64,000 nt of DNA, taken from NCBI GenBank assembly GCA_030390025.1, contig JASTWF010000336.1, forward strand, positions 248,001-312,000. The letters are read 5' to 3'. The position numbers and the translations under genes are program-made. Under the pieces are notes generated by a model. It searched no databases and was not told the DNA's origin. It saw only the letters and a list, made by a program, of their open reading frames with translations. Positions 1 through 11,376 of the stretch are shown here, piece after piece. Numbering within the stretch: the first letter of the stretch is position 1; each line of letters opens with the position of its first letter. Source of the DNA: Squalus acanthias (lineage: Eukaryota).

Positions 1-1
1 C

Positions 2-157
2 CGTAAGGGAGAGTGATTCGAACCACTCACAGGGGTGTCTAGTGTTCCCAGACTGGCTGGAGACCAGGCCTAGACCCGCACTGACATACAGGCTGCACAG
101 AGCCGCGTGAACCTCACAGGCTACGAGACACGCAGGGTCAGGAGAGGATCCCTTACA
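2..157. mobile_element. Short LTR/MITE-like segment abutting Tx1-A copy 1 ORF2
   Basis: Not Tx1-A sequence, except that bases 1-7 (CCGTAAG) could also be read as ORF2. Ends are inverted: (C)GTAAGGGA at 2-10 and TCCCTTACA at 149-157. The left context is cut off by the window edge. Confidence 0.35.
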
Positions 158-2896
158 GGGCTGCTGGCCGACGACGGATCTCTGGTCTCGGATCCGGAGG
201 GGATCAGCGCGGGGACCCGGGCCTATTACGGGGCTCTGTTCTCTCCGGATCCGTCCAGCGAGGATGCGCGCAGAGTTTTGTGGGAGGACCTGCCGAAGGT
301 CGGCCCGGAGGGCGCCGAAGAATTGGACGCTCCGCTAAGTTTGGCGGAGCTGACCGGCGCCCTGCGCCAGCTCTCGAGGGGAAAGTCCCCGGGGCTGGAC
401 GGGCTGACCGTGGAGTTCCACAGGGCGTTCTGGGACGTCTTGGGGGGCGACTACGCGCGGGTCCTGGGGGAAAGTCTGGCGACCGGGGAGATGCCCCTCT
501 CTTGGCGCAGGGCGGTTATCGTCCTGCTGTCCAAGAGGGGTGATCTCCGCCTTTTAAAAAACTGGCGCCCGGTCTCCCTCCTCAGCACGGACTATAAAAT
601 TTTTGCCAGGGCCATGTCTGCCCGCCTCGGCACCGTGCTGGCCCACATGATCCACCCCGACCAGTCCTACACGGTCCCGGGCCGGACAATCCACGACAAC
701 ATCCATCTGGTCCGGGACCTGGTCCACCTTTCCCAGAGGGCTGGTCTGTCGGTCGCCTTCCTTTCCCTGGATCAGGAGAAGGCGTTCGACAGGGTGGATC
801 ACGAGTATCTCTTCGGGACTCTGCGCGCATTCGGGTTCGGGACGCATTTCGTCGCCCGGATCCGACTTCTGTACACCGCCGCGGAGTGTCTCATTAAAGT
901 TAACGGGTCTTTGACGGCGCCCCTTCGCTTCGGGAGGGGGGTGCGTCAGGGATGCCCCATGTCCGGTCAGTTATATGCCGTTTGCGTGGAGCCTTTCCTG
1001 CGCCTCTTGCGGAAGAGGTTGACGGGACTGGCTCTGCAAGGGCCGGGCGTGGAGGTCGTCCTCTCGGCTTACGCCGATGACGTGCTCCTCATGGTCACGG
1101 ATCCCGTCGACCTGCGGAGGATGCGAGAATGCCAGCAGATTTACTCGGACGCATCCTCCGCCAGGATCAACTGGGAGAAATGTTCTGGACTCCTGGTGGG
1201 CCAGTGGCGGGTGGACTCCCTGCCGGAGGAGTTCAGGCCCTTTGCCTGGAGCACAACACACCTCCTCTACTTGGGAGTCTACCTCAGCCCTGCCGAGGAC
1301 ACCTGGCCGGCGAACTGGCAAGAGCTGGAGGCCAAGGTCACCGCTCGCCTAGGACGCTGGACGGGGTTGCTCCGAGTGTTGTCCTACAGGGGTCGAGCGC
1401 TGGTCATAAACCAGCTGGTGGCCGCCATGTTGTGGTACCGGTTGGTCACTTTGATCCCTCCCCCTGCGTTTGTCGCCAAGATACAGAAGATGCTCATCGA
1501 CTTCTTCTGGGACAAAAGGAAGCACTGGGTCTCTGCCGCGGTTCTGTGTCTCCCGCTTAGGGAGGGCGGTCAGGCGCTGGTGTGCCTTCGCACCCAGGCG
1601 GCGACTTTCCGTCTTCAGACGCTGCAGAGGTACCTTTACGTCGAGAATCCTCCCAGATGGTGTGCGCTGGCGACGTATTTCTTCCGCCAGATGCACGGCC
1701 TCAACTACGACACGCAGCTCCTGTTTGTGGAATTGGGCCGCACGCGAGCCTACCTGTGGGAGCTGCCTGTCTTTTACCAGGAACTGCTATGGGTCTGGAA
1801 CCAGGTCGCCTCCAGGCGGAGTTCTCCCCCGTCAGGAGTGGCGGCTCTCCTTCGGGAGCCGCTGTTCAGGAATCCGCACCTCCACGTCCGACGGATCGGC
1901 TGGCTGGCGGAGGGCAGGGCTGTGCCAGGCAAGGTGACCAGAGTCAGGGACCTGCTCGATGGCGGAGGAGCGGGCTGGATGGCGCCAGAGGAGTTGGCGC
2001 GGCGCCTCTCCTGGACAGACGTCTGGCGCGCGGCCAAAGCCATCGAGTTGCTGAAAGTGGCACTGGGCCCGGACTCCACTAGGTGTATCGAGGAGGCTCA
2101 AGCACGTGGGGCGATCCCGTCCGAACTGACCTCCGTTCGGACGGAATTCCTCATCGGCGCACGGCCCCGAAACCCCTCTCGGGAACCGGCGCCTCACAAC
2201 TTGAGCCGTCTCGGGGAAATGCCCTCCGTGCCCTTCAGTTCTGCACGGAGGGGTTTCCTGTACGGGCTGCTCCTGCACACTTTCCACTTTGTCATCTTCG
2301 CCTGCCGTCCGGACACGCCTTGGCGTGCCATCTTGCCGTCCGGCGGAGGCGAAGGTCCCCAATGGAGGGCTCTCTATGCGGGAGTACTCCCCTTTTCTAT
2401 TGGGGACATGGCCTGGAGGGTGTTGCACGGAGCAGTCCCGTGCAATCGGTTTTTAAGTAGGTTCACGGACTCCCAGGCCGCCTGTCTTTTTTGCGGCCTC
2501 GAGGAGTCCGTGTTCCACGTTTATGTGGAATGCGAGAGGTTGCAGCCCCTCTTTGAATATTTGAAGGGGCTGCTCCTCGCTTTTTGGTTGCACTTCAGTC
2601 CCACGCTCCTGATCTACGGTCACCCGGTGCGGAGGGGAGAGAGCAGGTCGGAGGACCTCCTCGTAGGACTGCTCCTGGGCCTGGCCAAAGTGGCCATTAA
2701 CAGGTCCAGGCAGCGGGCGGTCGAGGGGGTCGTTCGGCCCAATTGCCTGCCTCTCTTCCGCGGCTATGTTCGCGCCCGGGTGGCCCTGGAGATGGAGCAT
2801 GCGGTGTCCGCCGGCACACTTGAAGCCTTCCGAGACCGGTGGGCGCCGCAGGGACTGGAGTGCATCGTTTCCCCGGGAAATGTTATTTTAATTTAA
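158..2896 (+). CDS. Tx1-A1 ORF2, partial (RT plus C-terminal Cys domain, no endonuclease)
   Basis: Motifs KSPGLDG, WRPVSLL, LDQEKAFDRV, GVRQGCP, AYADD and CLFC...HVYVEC. Residues encoded before 158 in the ORF track are foreign sequence. Confidence 0.9.
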   Translation, partial: GLLADDGSLVSDPEGISAGTRAYYGALFSPDPSSEDARRVLWEDLPKVGPEGAEELDAPLSLAELTGALRQLSRGKSPGLDGLTVEFHRAFWDVLGGDYARVLGESLATGEMPLSWRRAVIVLLSKRGDLRLLKNWRPVSLLSTDYKIFARAMSARLGTVLAHMIHPDQSYTVPGRTIHDNIHLVRDLVHLSQRAGLSVAFLSLDQEKAFDRVDHEYLFGTLRAFGFGTHFVARIRLLYTAAECLIKVNGSLTAPLRFGRGVRQGCPMSGQLYAVCVEPFLRLLRKRLTGLALQGPGVEVVLSAYADDVLLMVTDPVDLRRMRECQQIYSDASSARINWEKCSGLLVGQWRVDSLPEEFRPFAWSTTHLLYLGVYLSPAEDTWPANWQELEAKVTARLGRWTGLLRVLSYRGRALVINQLVAAMLWYRLVTLIPPPAFVAKIQKMLIDFFWDKRKHWVSAAVLCLPLREGGQALVCLRTQAATFRLQTLQRYLYVENPPRWCALATYFFRQMHGLNYDTQLLFVELGRTRAYLWELPVFYQELLWVWNQVASRRSSPPSGVAALLREPLFRNPHLHVRRIGWLAEGRAVPGKVTRVRDLLDGGGAGWMAPEELARRLSWTDVWRAAKAIELLKVALGPDSTRCIEEAQARGAIPSELTSVRTEFLIGARPRNPSREPAPHNLSRLGEMPSVPFSSARRGFLYGLLLHTFHFVIFACRPDTPWRAILPSGGGEGPQWRALYAGVLPFSIGDMAWRVLHGAVPCNRFLSRFTDSQAACLFCGLEESVFHVYVECERLQPLFEYLKGLLLAFWLHFSPTLLIYGHPVRRGESRSEDLLVGLLLGLAKVAINRSRQRAVEGVVRPNCLPLFRGYVRARVALEMEHAVSAGTLEAFRDRWAPQGLECIVSPGNVILI

Positions 2897-2918
2897 TGCA
2901 CTCCAAGTTGTCCGCTTC

Positions 2919-3330
2919 GCAGAAGGCCCAAGGTGGAAGACCCGGAGGAGAGTGGCCTGGGCGGGAGGCCCAGCACGGAGAACCCCAGGCGGGGGGCCCA
3001 GGGCGGGGCGGCTGGTCGGCAGAGGTGGAGTCAGGAGATGCGGTTGCTTCACCCCGGGTGCTCGTGGGGAATGCCGGTGCGGAGGGTCCGGTGCAGAAGG
3101 CCCAAGGTGGAAGACCCAGAGGAGAGTGGCCTGGGCGGGAGGCCCAGCACGGAGAACCCCAGGCGGGGGGCCCAGGGCGGGGCGGCTGGTCGGCAGAGGT
3201 GGAGTCGGGAGATGCGGTTGATTCACCCCGGCTGCTCGCGGGGAATGCCGGTGCGGAGGGTCCGGTGCAGAAGGCCCAAGGTGGAAGACCCGGAGGAGAG
3301 TGGCCTGGGCGGGAGGCCCAGCACGGAGAA
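2919..3330 (+). repeat. 174-bp G-rich tandem repeat (about 2.4 units) in the Tx1-A 3' UTR
   Basis: GCAGAAGGCCCAAGG starts at 2919, 3093 and 3267. Confidence 0.92.
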
Positions 3331-4634
3331 CAATTGAGTGGATGGTCGGGTGGGTGGTGCCAGTGGGACTGGCGCAGAACAGGTTTCTTGGGTTATTGGA
3401 GTGGATGTTATATGTGGCATTTAGTTGGATTGTGATGGTGCTATGTGTTTGTACACTGTGGTGTTGAAATGGGTTGTTTTATGTGGAGTTAAGTGAGATG
3501 TATTATTTTAATATAAAAAAAAGTGTGGTATTGTTTGGGGGTATTTGTACTGTATTTTGATGGATGAATGTAATGGTTTTACTATGTAATTTGTATTATT
3601 GGTTTGAATAAAAGATTCACCCCGAGTGCGGTCCCAGGCGAGGACAGACGGAGGCAGAGGCTGAGGCTGCGAGGGACTCAGCTCAACTTGGTGCTACGTG
3701 AACGGGTGAGCGCCGTTTGCTGAGAAGAGGAGGGGAAAGGAGAGGTCTCTTTTCTCTGTGCCTAGAAGGAGAAGGAGCCACGAAGGACAGAGTGGAGACC
3801 TTTCCACCTCCACCACGCCTGCAGCTACAGCTACAACCACGACTGCTGCTGAGGTGAGAGAGGAGAGGAGAGGAGAGAGAGGAGACCAGCAACAACAGAG
3901 GGAAGCCTTTCCATCACTGCCTCCCCAACTGGTCTCCATTTCGAGAGAGGGAGAGAGGGGAGAACAAGACCAACATCTGCTTGGAAGGAGGGAGAGCGAG
4001 CCATCGAGAAGGAAAACAACATCGAGAGGTGGGTGTTAAAAAGGGCACTCTCCAAAAGACTTTGTATTTGAGGTGGGGGGAGGAAAGAAGAAGGAGAAGA
4101 CCGGGATAGCAAGGGGAGTGTGTGTGGCTCTTGCTAACAACTCGGCCACACACACCATCAACAAGCACCCCTTGCCTATTGCTTCACATTTTAGAACATT
4201 GTTAAGACCTGGTTGTAGACTGAGCCTGGGCATCTCCAGCTTTATTTTTTCCCAGGTGAAGACATCTTCTCCCCCCACCAGAAGAACATCAACAAAGACT
4301 TGTATTACATCGGAGAGTGCACCCCCCCCCAGGAGGCACCCACCCACCCACTATCCTGAGTGGCGAATAGGCCCGTGCGGCTTTCCTCCTTCCCACCCCC
4401 TCTCTCTCTCTCTCTCTGCCTCTCTCTAACGAGGCACCTCAAACCTTATTTATTACCCAATTGAGCAGAGGGGAGAAGGCCACTCCCAATTCCAATCATA
4501 AAAGGGAGAGGTGTGCCTTCTTTTTCTCAAAACAACCCCCTCTGCTCGGGGGAAAAGACAAAAAAACCCAAGGCCACTTAAACATCACCCGGCCTGTGAC
4601 TTGGGGTGGGTGTAGCCCTTTATACCACCTCAGT

Positions 4635-6723
4635 ATGGCGAGCACATCTTCGCCGGCGGCGGGGCAAGCAAGGTCGTACGCGGGTGTGGCAGCCACGGCC
4701 ACAGCTGGTCCCGCTGCTTCTGCTGCCCCGTCACCTTTCAGGCTATTGACAAAAAAGCTGGGGGTGAAGAGCTACACTCACCCCAACATGACCATAGAGG
4801 CTTGCGTCAAAGCCATGGCTGGGGTAATCGGCCCCTCAGCCATCGTTGCGGCCTCTAAAATGTACGGTAAGGCTGTGTTCTTCCTGCGGTCGGAGCGGGC
4901 GGTGTCCCTGGCCGTCACCGAGGGGCTCACCGTGGGCGGGACCTTCCTGCCGGTGGATCCGCTCGAGGCCACCGAGCAGCGACTCATACTATCGAATGTC
5001 CCGCCCTTTGTTCCGGTTGAGCTCCTCCTCCCCCACCTACGTCAACTGGGGGAGGTGAGGTCGGGGATTAATCCGATCCCGCTCGGCTGCAGGGAGGCCA
5101 GCCTCCGGCACGTCTTCTCCTTCCGGCGCCAGCTGTTTATCCAGCTGGCGCGGGAGGAAGACACGGAAGGCGCATTTAGCATAACACACGAGGGGACCGC
5201 CTACCGCGTCTTCTGGACGTCGGACGGTGTGCGGTGCCACGCCTGTAAGGAGGTGGGGCACATAAGAAAGAACTGCCCCGCCTCCAAGGCCGCCAAAGCA
5301 TCTGAGGCGGCCAAGGCTGGCGCCGCCGCCGCTCCTCCCCCTGTTTCTGTCCGCGCGTCTGCGACACCCGATGCGCGGTCGACGCCGGAGGTCAACGCCG
5401 TCGCGGCCTCCGGCGAAGGGGAGGGGGAGCGTCCGACTGGAAGGAAGGCGCGGAGCAAAAGCAAACACCTTCAGGCGGGTCCCCTTCACATATATGATGA
5501 CTTACCCGAGCTTACGCCCCTACACCTTGCGCGGGTGGCGGCGGAGTTCGAGAATGCGAGGGACCTTGTGCCCGGGCCTGCGCCCGCATCCGCCAAGGCG
5601 GCAAAATCGAGACCTGCGGCCGTGACCGGGCCCGGGACCCCCGAGCAGACCGATCGACAGGGGGGAGCGGAGGTGGAGGCCTCGGTATGCATGGAGGTCT
5701 CCCAACCTTCGTGTCCCTCCTCTTCGAAAAGGAGGCGCGACATCCTGGATGAGGGGGAGGACCGCGAGGAACGGGGTCCCCCCTCGCAAGGGGAGTCGTT
5801 GCCCGCCGCGGGTGCTGCGCCCCCCCCCACCGACACCATCACCGACATCCGGCAGGGGCCGCCTGTCCCCCGGGAGGGCATGACAGATGAGTCTGTCCAG
5901 CCTGTGCCTCCCGGGGATGGGGGAGAGGCCCTGCTCATGGGGGGGGGCCGCGGAACTACCCGCGGTGGGGAGTTACGCTGATCCGTTGTTTCTCGCCAGG
6001 TCGGGCATCCTGGGGACCGGGGCGGGCGAGGCCGATGAGGCAGAGCCCGCCGTGTACGGTCAGGACCACTCCCAGGCACTGCTCGACCTGGTTGAGCAAT
6101 ATAACCAGGGTACCTGGTCCGCTGGGTCGGAGGATGGTGGCGGTGAAGGGGAAGGCCCCCTGACTCCGTCTGCGACGCTGGCGCCGGGGTTGTTGAGGGA
6201 ACTGGCACTAATGTGCTCCCCGGTTTCCCTGTGCACCCCGGTGCCGGGGGCGGAGGGGGGCCCCGAGCCGCCGCCGCTTCCTGACCCGGCGCCTCTGGAG
6301 GAGCCCAGGGAGGACTCCTCTGCTGCCGATCCTGGGGGTGGGATCGGGGCAGAGGTAGGGCTGGCCGATGGCGACCCCCCGGAGGAGGACGGGGACCCGG
6401 CGGAGGACACTGAGGATGATATGGAATCCGTCGCCAGTGAGGCGGCGGATGCCCTCGTGCCCTCCTCCGGGTCCCCCCTCATCCCCGTTGTGGAACTCCG
6501 GGACTTTGTGGCCATGGGCCAGGGTCGCCAGGATATAATCCGGCTGGCCATCGATAAATGGTCGGATCTGGCGCTGCTCGTTTGCTCCGTCCGCGCCGCA
6601 GTCAAAACCATGGGCGCGGACGGGGGCGTGGGCCTGGCCGAGCGGCGTCGGATCCAGAATTTCCTCGCTGGGCTTGGAAGGGAGTGGCGGTCGACTAGCG
6701 GCCGCGCTCCCTCCTCCCGTTAG
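4635..6723 (+). pseudogene. Tx1-A2 ORF1 (Gag-like, CCHC knuckle), +1 frameshift
   Basis: Starts MASTSS and contains CHACKEVGHIRKNC. The G run at 5939-5947 has 9 G versus 8 in the open A3 copy, which may be a homopolymer error. Confidence 0.85.
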
Positions 6724-6754
6724 AGTAAGGTAGAGGTTGCACTATGCTCTTGTC

Positions 6755-9700
6755 ATGAAGATAACCATAGCCAGCCTCAACATCAACGGCAGCAGAGAGG
6801 CACGCCGTAGATTTAATAACTTCTCGTCCCTTCGGGAAGGGAGGCATGCGGTGTGCTTCCTGCAGGAAACTCACACCGTTCCGGGAGACGAGGCCACGTG
6901 GCTCCTGGAGTGGCGAGGAGGGGTCAGCATGAGTCACCTCTCCAACGTTTCCGGTGGGGTGGCTATCTTGCTGGCCCCGCATTTTCAGCCGGAGATCTTG
7001 GGGGTCAAGGAGCATGTGCCGGGCCGCTTGCTCCAGGTCACTGTTCGTCTGGGGGGCGTGCCGCTCCATTTAGTGAACGTGTACGCCCCCCAGCCCGGTG
7101 CGCAGCAAGTGCGCTTCTTCGATGAAGTGTCCGCTCTTCTGGGCACCGTCGACGTCGGCGAGTGCATCATCCTCGGGGGGGATTTTAATTGTACCCTCGA
7201 GGCGAGGGACCGTTCGGGCCCTCCGCGAAGCCTGACGGCGACGGTGAAGTTGAGGGACCTGGTCGGGTCCTTCGACTTGGTGGACGTCTGGCGAAATCTC
7301 CATCCCGACTCCAGCGCCTTCACTTGGGTGGGGTCTGGAGGAGGAAGGTCCAGAATCGACCGCCTTTATATTTCCCGGGCGTACGTCTCCTGCGTTCCGG
7401 CGGCTTCCATGCGGCCGGTGCCGTGCACGGACCACCACCTGGTGTGGGCGGAGCTCGCTCCGCTGCAGGCGCCGGGGGGGTCCGCGTACTGGCATTTTAA
7501 CAACCTGCTGCTGGAGGACGTGCGGTTCCGGGATTCGTTTCGCCGGTTCTGGGCCGACTGGAGAAGGAAGCAGGGGGGCTTCCCCTCCTTGAGGCTATGG
7601 TGGGACGTGGGCAAGGCTCACGTCCGTCTCTTCTGTCAGGAGTACGCGAAGGGGTCGACCAAGAGGCGGGAGGCCCGGGTCGGGCGATTGGAGAAAGAAG
7701 TGCTCGACCTGGAGTCCCGTCTCGGTCAAGTCGTCGAAGACCCGGCCCTGCGGAAGGTGTACGAAGAGAAGAAGGGCGCGCTGAAGGACCTGCAGCTGGT
7801 CGGGTCCCGAGGCGCGTACGTGAGGTCGCGGATCCAGTTCCTGCGGGACCTGGACCGCGGCTCCCCCTTCTTCTACTCGCTGGAAAAAAGACGAGGGGTC
7901 CGTAAGCAGCTCTTGGGGCTGCTGGCCGACGACGGATCTCTGGTCTCGGATCCGGAGGGGATCAGCGCGGGGACCCGGGCCTATTACGGGGCTCTGTTCT
8001 CTCCGGATCCGTCCAGCGAGGATGCGCGCAGAGTTTTGTGGGAGGACCTGCCGAAGGTCGGCCCGGAGGGCGCCGAAGAATTGGACGCTCCGCTAAGTTT
8101 GGCGGAGCTGACCGGCGCCCTGCGCCAGCTCTCGAGGGGAAAGTCCCCGGGGCTGGACGGGCTGACCGTGGAGTTCCACAGGGCGTTCTGGGACGTCTTG
8201 GGGGGCGACTACGCGCGGGTCCTGGGGGAAAGTCTGGCGACCGGGGAGATGCCCCTCTCTTGGCGCAGGGCGGTTATCGTCCTGCTGCCCAAGAGGGGTG
8301 ATCTCCGCCTTTTAAAAAACTGGCGCCCGGTCTCCCTCCTCAGCACGGACTATAAAATTTTTGCCAGGGCCATGTCTGCCCGCCTCGGCACCGTGCTGGC
8401 CCACATGATCCACCCCGACCAGTCCTACACGGTCCCGGGCCGGACAATCCACGACAACATCCATCTGGTCCGGGACCTGGTCCACCTTTCCCAGAGGGCT
8501 GGTCTGTCGGTCGCCTTCCTTTCCCTGGATCAGGAGAAGGCGTTCGACAGGGTGGATCACGAGTATCTCTTCGGGACTCTGCGCGCATTCGGGTTCGGGA
8601 CGCATTTCGTCGCCCGGATCCGACTTCTGTACGCCGCCGCGGAGTGTCTCATTAAAGTTAACGGGTCTTTGACGGCGCCCCTTCGCTTCGGGAGGGGGGT
8701 GCGTCAGGGATGCCCCATGTCCGGTCAGTTATATGCCGTTTGCGTGGAGCCTTTCCTGCGCCTCTTGCGGAAGAGGTTGACGGGACTGGCTCTGCAAGGG
8801 CCGGGCGTGGAGGTCGTCCTCTCGGCTTACGCCGATGACGTGCTCCTCATGGTCACGGATCCCGTCGACCTGCGGAGGATGCGAGAATGCCAGCAGATTT
8901 ACTCGGACGCATCCTCCGCCAGGATCAACTGGGAGAAATGTTCTGGACTCCTGGTGGGCCAGTGGCGGGTGGACTCCCTGCCGGAGGAGTTCAGGCCCTT
9001 TGCCTGGAGCACAACACACCTCCTCTACTTGGGAGTCTACCTCAGCCCTGCCGAGGACACCTGGCCGGCGAACTGGCAAGAGCTGGAGGCCAAGGTCACC
9101 GCTCGCCTAGGACGCTGGACGGGGTTGCTCCGAGTGTTGTCCTACAGGGGTCGAGCGCTGGTCATAAACCAGCTGGTGGCCGCCATGTTGTGGTACCGGT
9201 TGGTCACTTTGATCCCTCCCCCTGCGTTTGTCGCCAAGATACAGAAGATGCTCATCGACTTCTTCTGGGACAAAAGGAAGCACTGGGTCTCTGCCGCGGT
9301 TCTGTGTCTCCCGCTTAGGGAGGGCGGTCAGGCGCTGGTGTGCCTTCGCACCCAGGCGGCGACTTTCCGTCTTCAGACGCTGCAGAGGTACCTTTACGTC
9401 GAGAATCCTCCCAGATGGTGTGCGCTGGCGACGTATTTCTTCCGCCAGATGCACGGCCTCAACTACGACACGCAGCTCCTGTTTGTGGAATTGGGCCGCA
9501 CACGAGCCTACCTGTGGGAGCTGCCTGTCTTTTACCAGGAACTGCTATGGGTCTGGAACCAGGTCGCCTCCAGGCGGAGTTCTCCCCCGTCAGGAGTGGC
9601 GGCTCTCCTTCGGGAGCCGCTGTTCAGGAATCCGCACCTCCACGTCCGACGGATCGGCTGGCTGGCGGAGGGCAGGGCTGTGCCAGGCAAGGTGACCAGA

Positions 9701-10655
9701 GTCAGGGACCTGCTCGATGGCGGAGGAGCGGGCTGGATGGCGCCAGAGGAGTTGGCGCGGCGCCTCTCCTGGACAGACGTCTGGCGCGCGGCCAAAGCCA
9801 TCGAGTTGCTGAAAGTGGCACTGGGCCCGGACTCCACTAGGTGTATCGAGGAGGCTCAAGCACGTGGGGCGATCCCGTCCGAACTGACCTCCGTTCGGAC
9901 GGAATTCCTCATCGGCGCACGGCCCCGAAACCCCTCTCGGGAACCGGCGCCTCACAACTTGAGCCGTCTCGGGGAAAATGCCCTCCGTGCCCTTCAGTTC
10001 TGCACGGAGGGGTTTCCTGTACGGGCTGCTCCTGCACACTTTCCACTTTGTCATCTTCGCCTGCCGTCCGGACACGCCTTGGCGTGCCATCTTGCCGTCC
10101 GGCGGAGGCGAAGGTCCCCAATGGAGGGCTCTCTATGCGGGAGTACTCCCCTTTTCTATTGGGGACATGGCCTGGAGGGTGTTGCACGGAGCAGTCCCGT
10201 GCAATCGGTTTTTAAGTAGGTTCACGGACTCCCAGGCCGCCTGTCTTTTTTGCGGCCTCGAGGAGTCCGTGTTCCACGTTTATGTGGAATGTGAGAGGTT
10301 GCAGCCCCTCTTTGAATATTTGAAGGGGCTGCTCCTCGCTTTTTGGTTGCACTTCAGTCCCACGCTCCTGATCTACGGTCACCCGGTGCGGAGGGGAGAG
10401 AGCAGGTCGGAGGACCTCCTCGTAGGACTGCTCCTGGGCCTGGCCAAAGTGGCCATTAACAGGTCCAGGCAGCGGGCGGTCGAGGGGGTCGTTCGGCCCA
10501 ATTGCCTGCCTCTCTTCCGCGGCTATGTTCGCGCCCGGGTGGCCCTGGAGATGGAGCATGCGGTGTCCGCCGGCACACTTGAAGCCTTCCGAGACCGGTG
10601 GGCGCCGCAGGGACTGGAGTGCATCGTTTCCCCGGGAAATGTTATTTTAATTTAA
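6755..10655 (+). pseudogene. Tx1-A2 ORF2 (APE endonuclease-RT), +1 frameshift near 9975
   Basis: Motifs SLNING, LQETH, GGDFN, SRIDR, TDH and YADD. GGGGAAAATG here versus GGGGAAATG in A1 and A3. Confidence 0.88.
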
Positions 10656-10677
10656 TGCACTCCAAGTTGTCCGCTTC

Positions 10678-11089
10678 GCAGAAGGCCCAAGGTGGAAGAC
10701 CCGGAGGAGAGTGGCCTGGGCGGGAGGCCCAGCACGGAGAACCCCAGGCGGGGGGCCCAGGGCGGGGCGGCTGGTCGGCAGAGGTGGAGTCAGGAGATGC
10801 GGTTGCTTCACCCCGGGTGCTCGTGGGGAATGCCGGTGCGGAGGGTCCGGTGCAGAAGGCCCAAGGTGGAAGACCCAGAGGAGAGTGGCCTGGGCGGGAG
10901 GCCCAGCACGGAGAACCCCAGGCGGGGGGCCCAGGGCGGGGCAGCTGGTCGGCAGAGGTGGAGTCGGGAGATGCGGTTGATTCACCCCGGCTGCTCGCGG
11001 GGAATGCCGGTGCGGAGGGTCCGGTGCAGAAGGCCCAAGGTGGAAGACCCGGAGGAGAGTGGCCTGGGCGGGAGGCCCAGCACGGAGAA
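10678..11089 (+). repeat. 174-bp tandem repeat in the A2 3' UTR
   Basis: Copy of 2919-3330. Confidence 0.9.
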
Positions 11090-11376
11090 CAATTGAGTGG
11101 ATGGTCGGGTGGGCGGTGACAGTGGGACTGGCGCGGAACAGGTTTCTTGGGTTATTGGAGTGGATGTTATATGTGGCATTTAGTTGGATTGTGATGGTGC
11201 TATGTGTTTGTACACTGTGGTGTTGAAATGGGTTGTTTTATGTGGAGTTAAGTGAGATGTATTATTTTAATATAAAAAAAAGTGTGGTATTGTTTGGGGG
11301 TATTTGTACTGTATTTTGATGGATGAATGTAATGGTTTTACTATGTAATTTGTATTATTGGTTTGAATAAAAGATT

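Larger units (their letters stand above)
158..3617 (+). mobile_element. Tx1-clade non-LTR retrotransposon, family A, copy A1 (5' part missing or interrupted)
   Basis: Near-identical to 7916-11376 and to A3. Ends AATAAAAGATT, followed by CACCCC and the start of A2. Confidence 0.93.
3624..11376 (+). mobile_element. Tx1-A copy A2, full length
   Basis: Starts GAGTGCGG like A3 and ends AATAAAAGATT. Flanked by CACCCC (3618-3623) and CACACCCC (11377-11384). Confidence 0.95.

Noticed and set aside
107..157. N-terminus of the 929-aa ORF
   Set aside because: Chance in-frame fusion with foreign sequence, with a GTG start.
2839..3435. Repetitive 198-aa ORF after ORF2 (possible ORF3)
   Set aside because: It arises from a GC-rich 174-bp repeat whose length is a multiple of 3. 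It has no ATG start, several frames are open, and A2 has an earlier stop.
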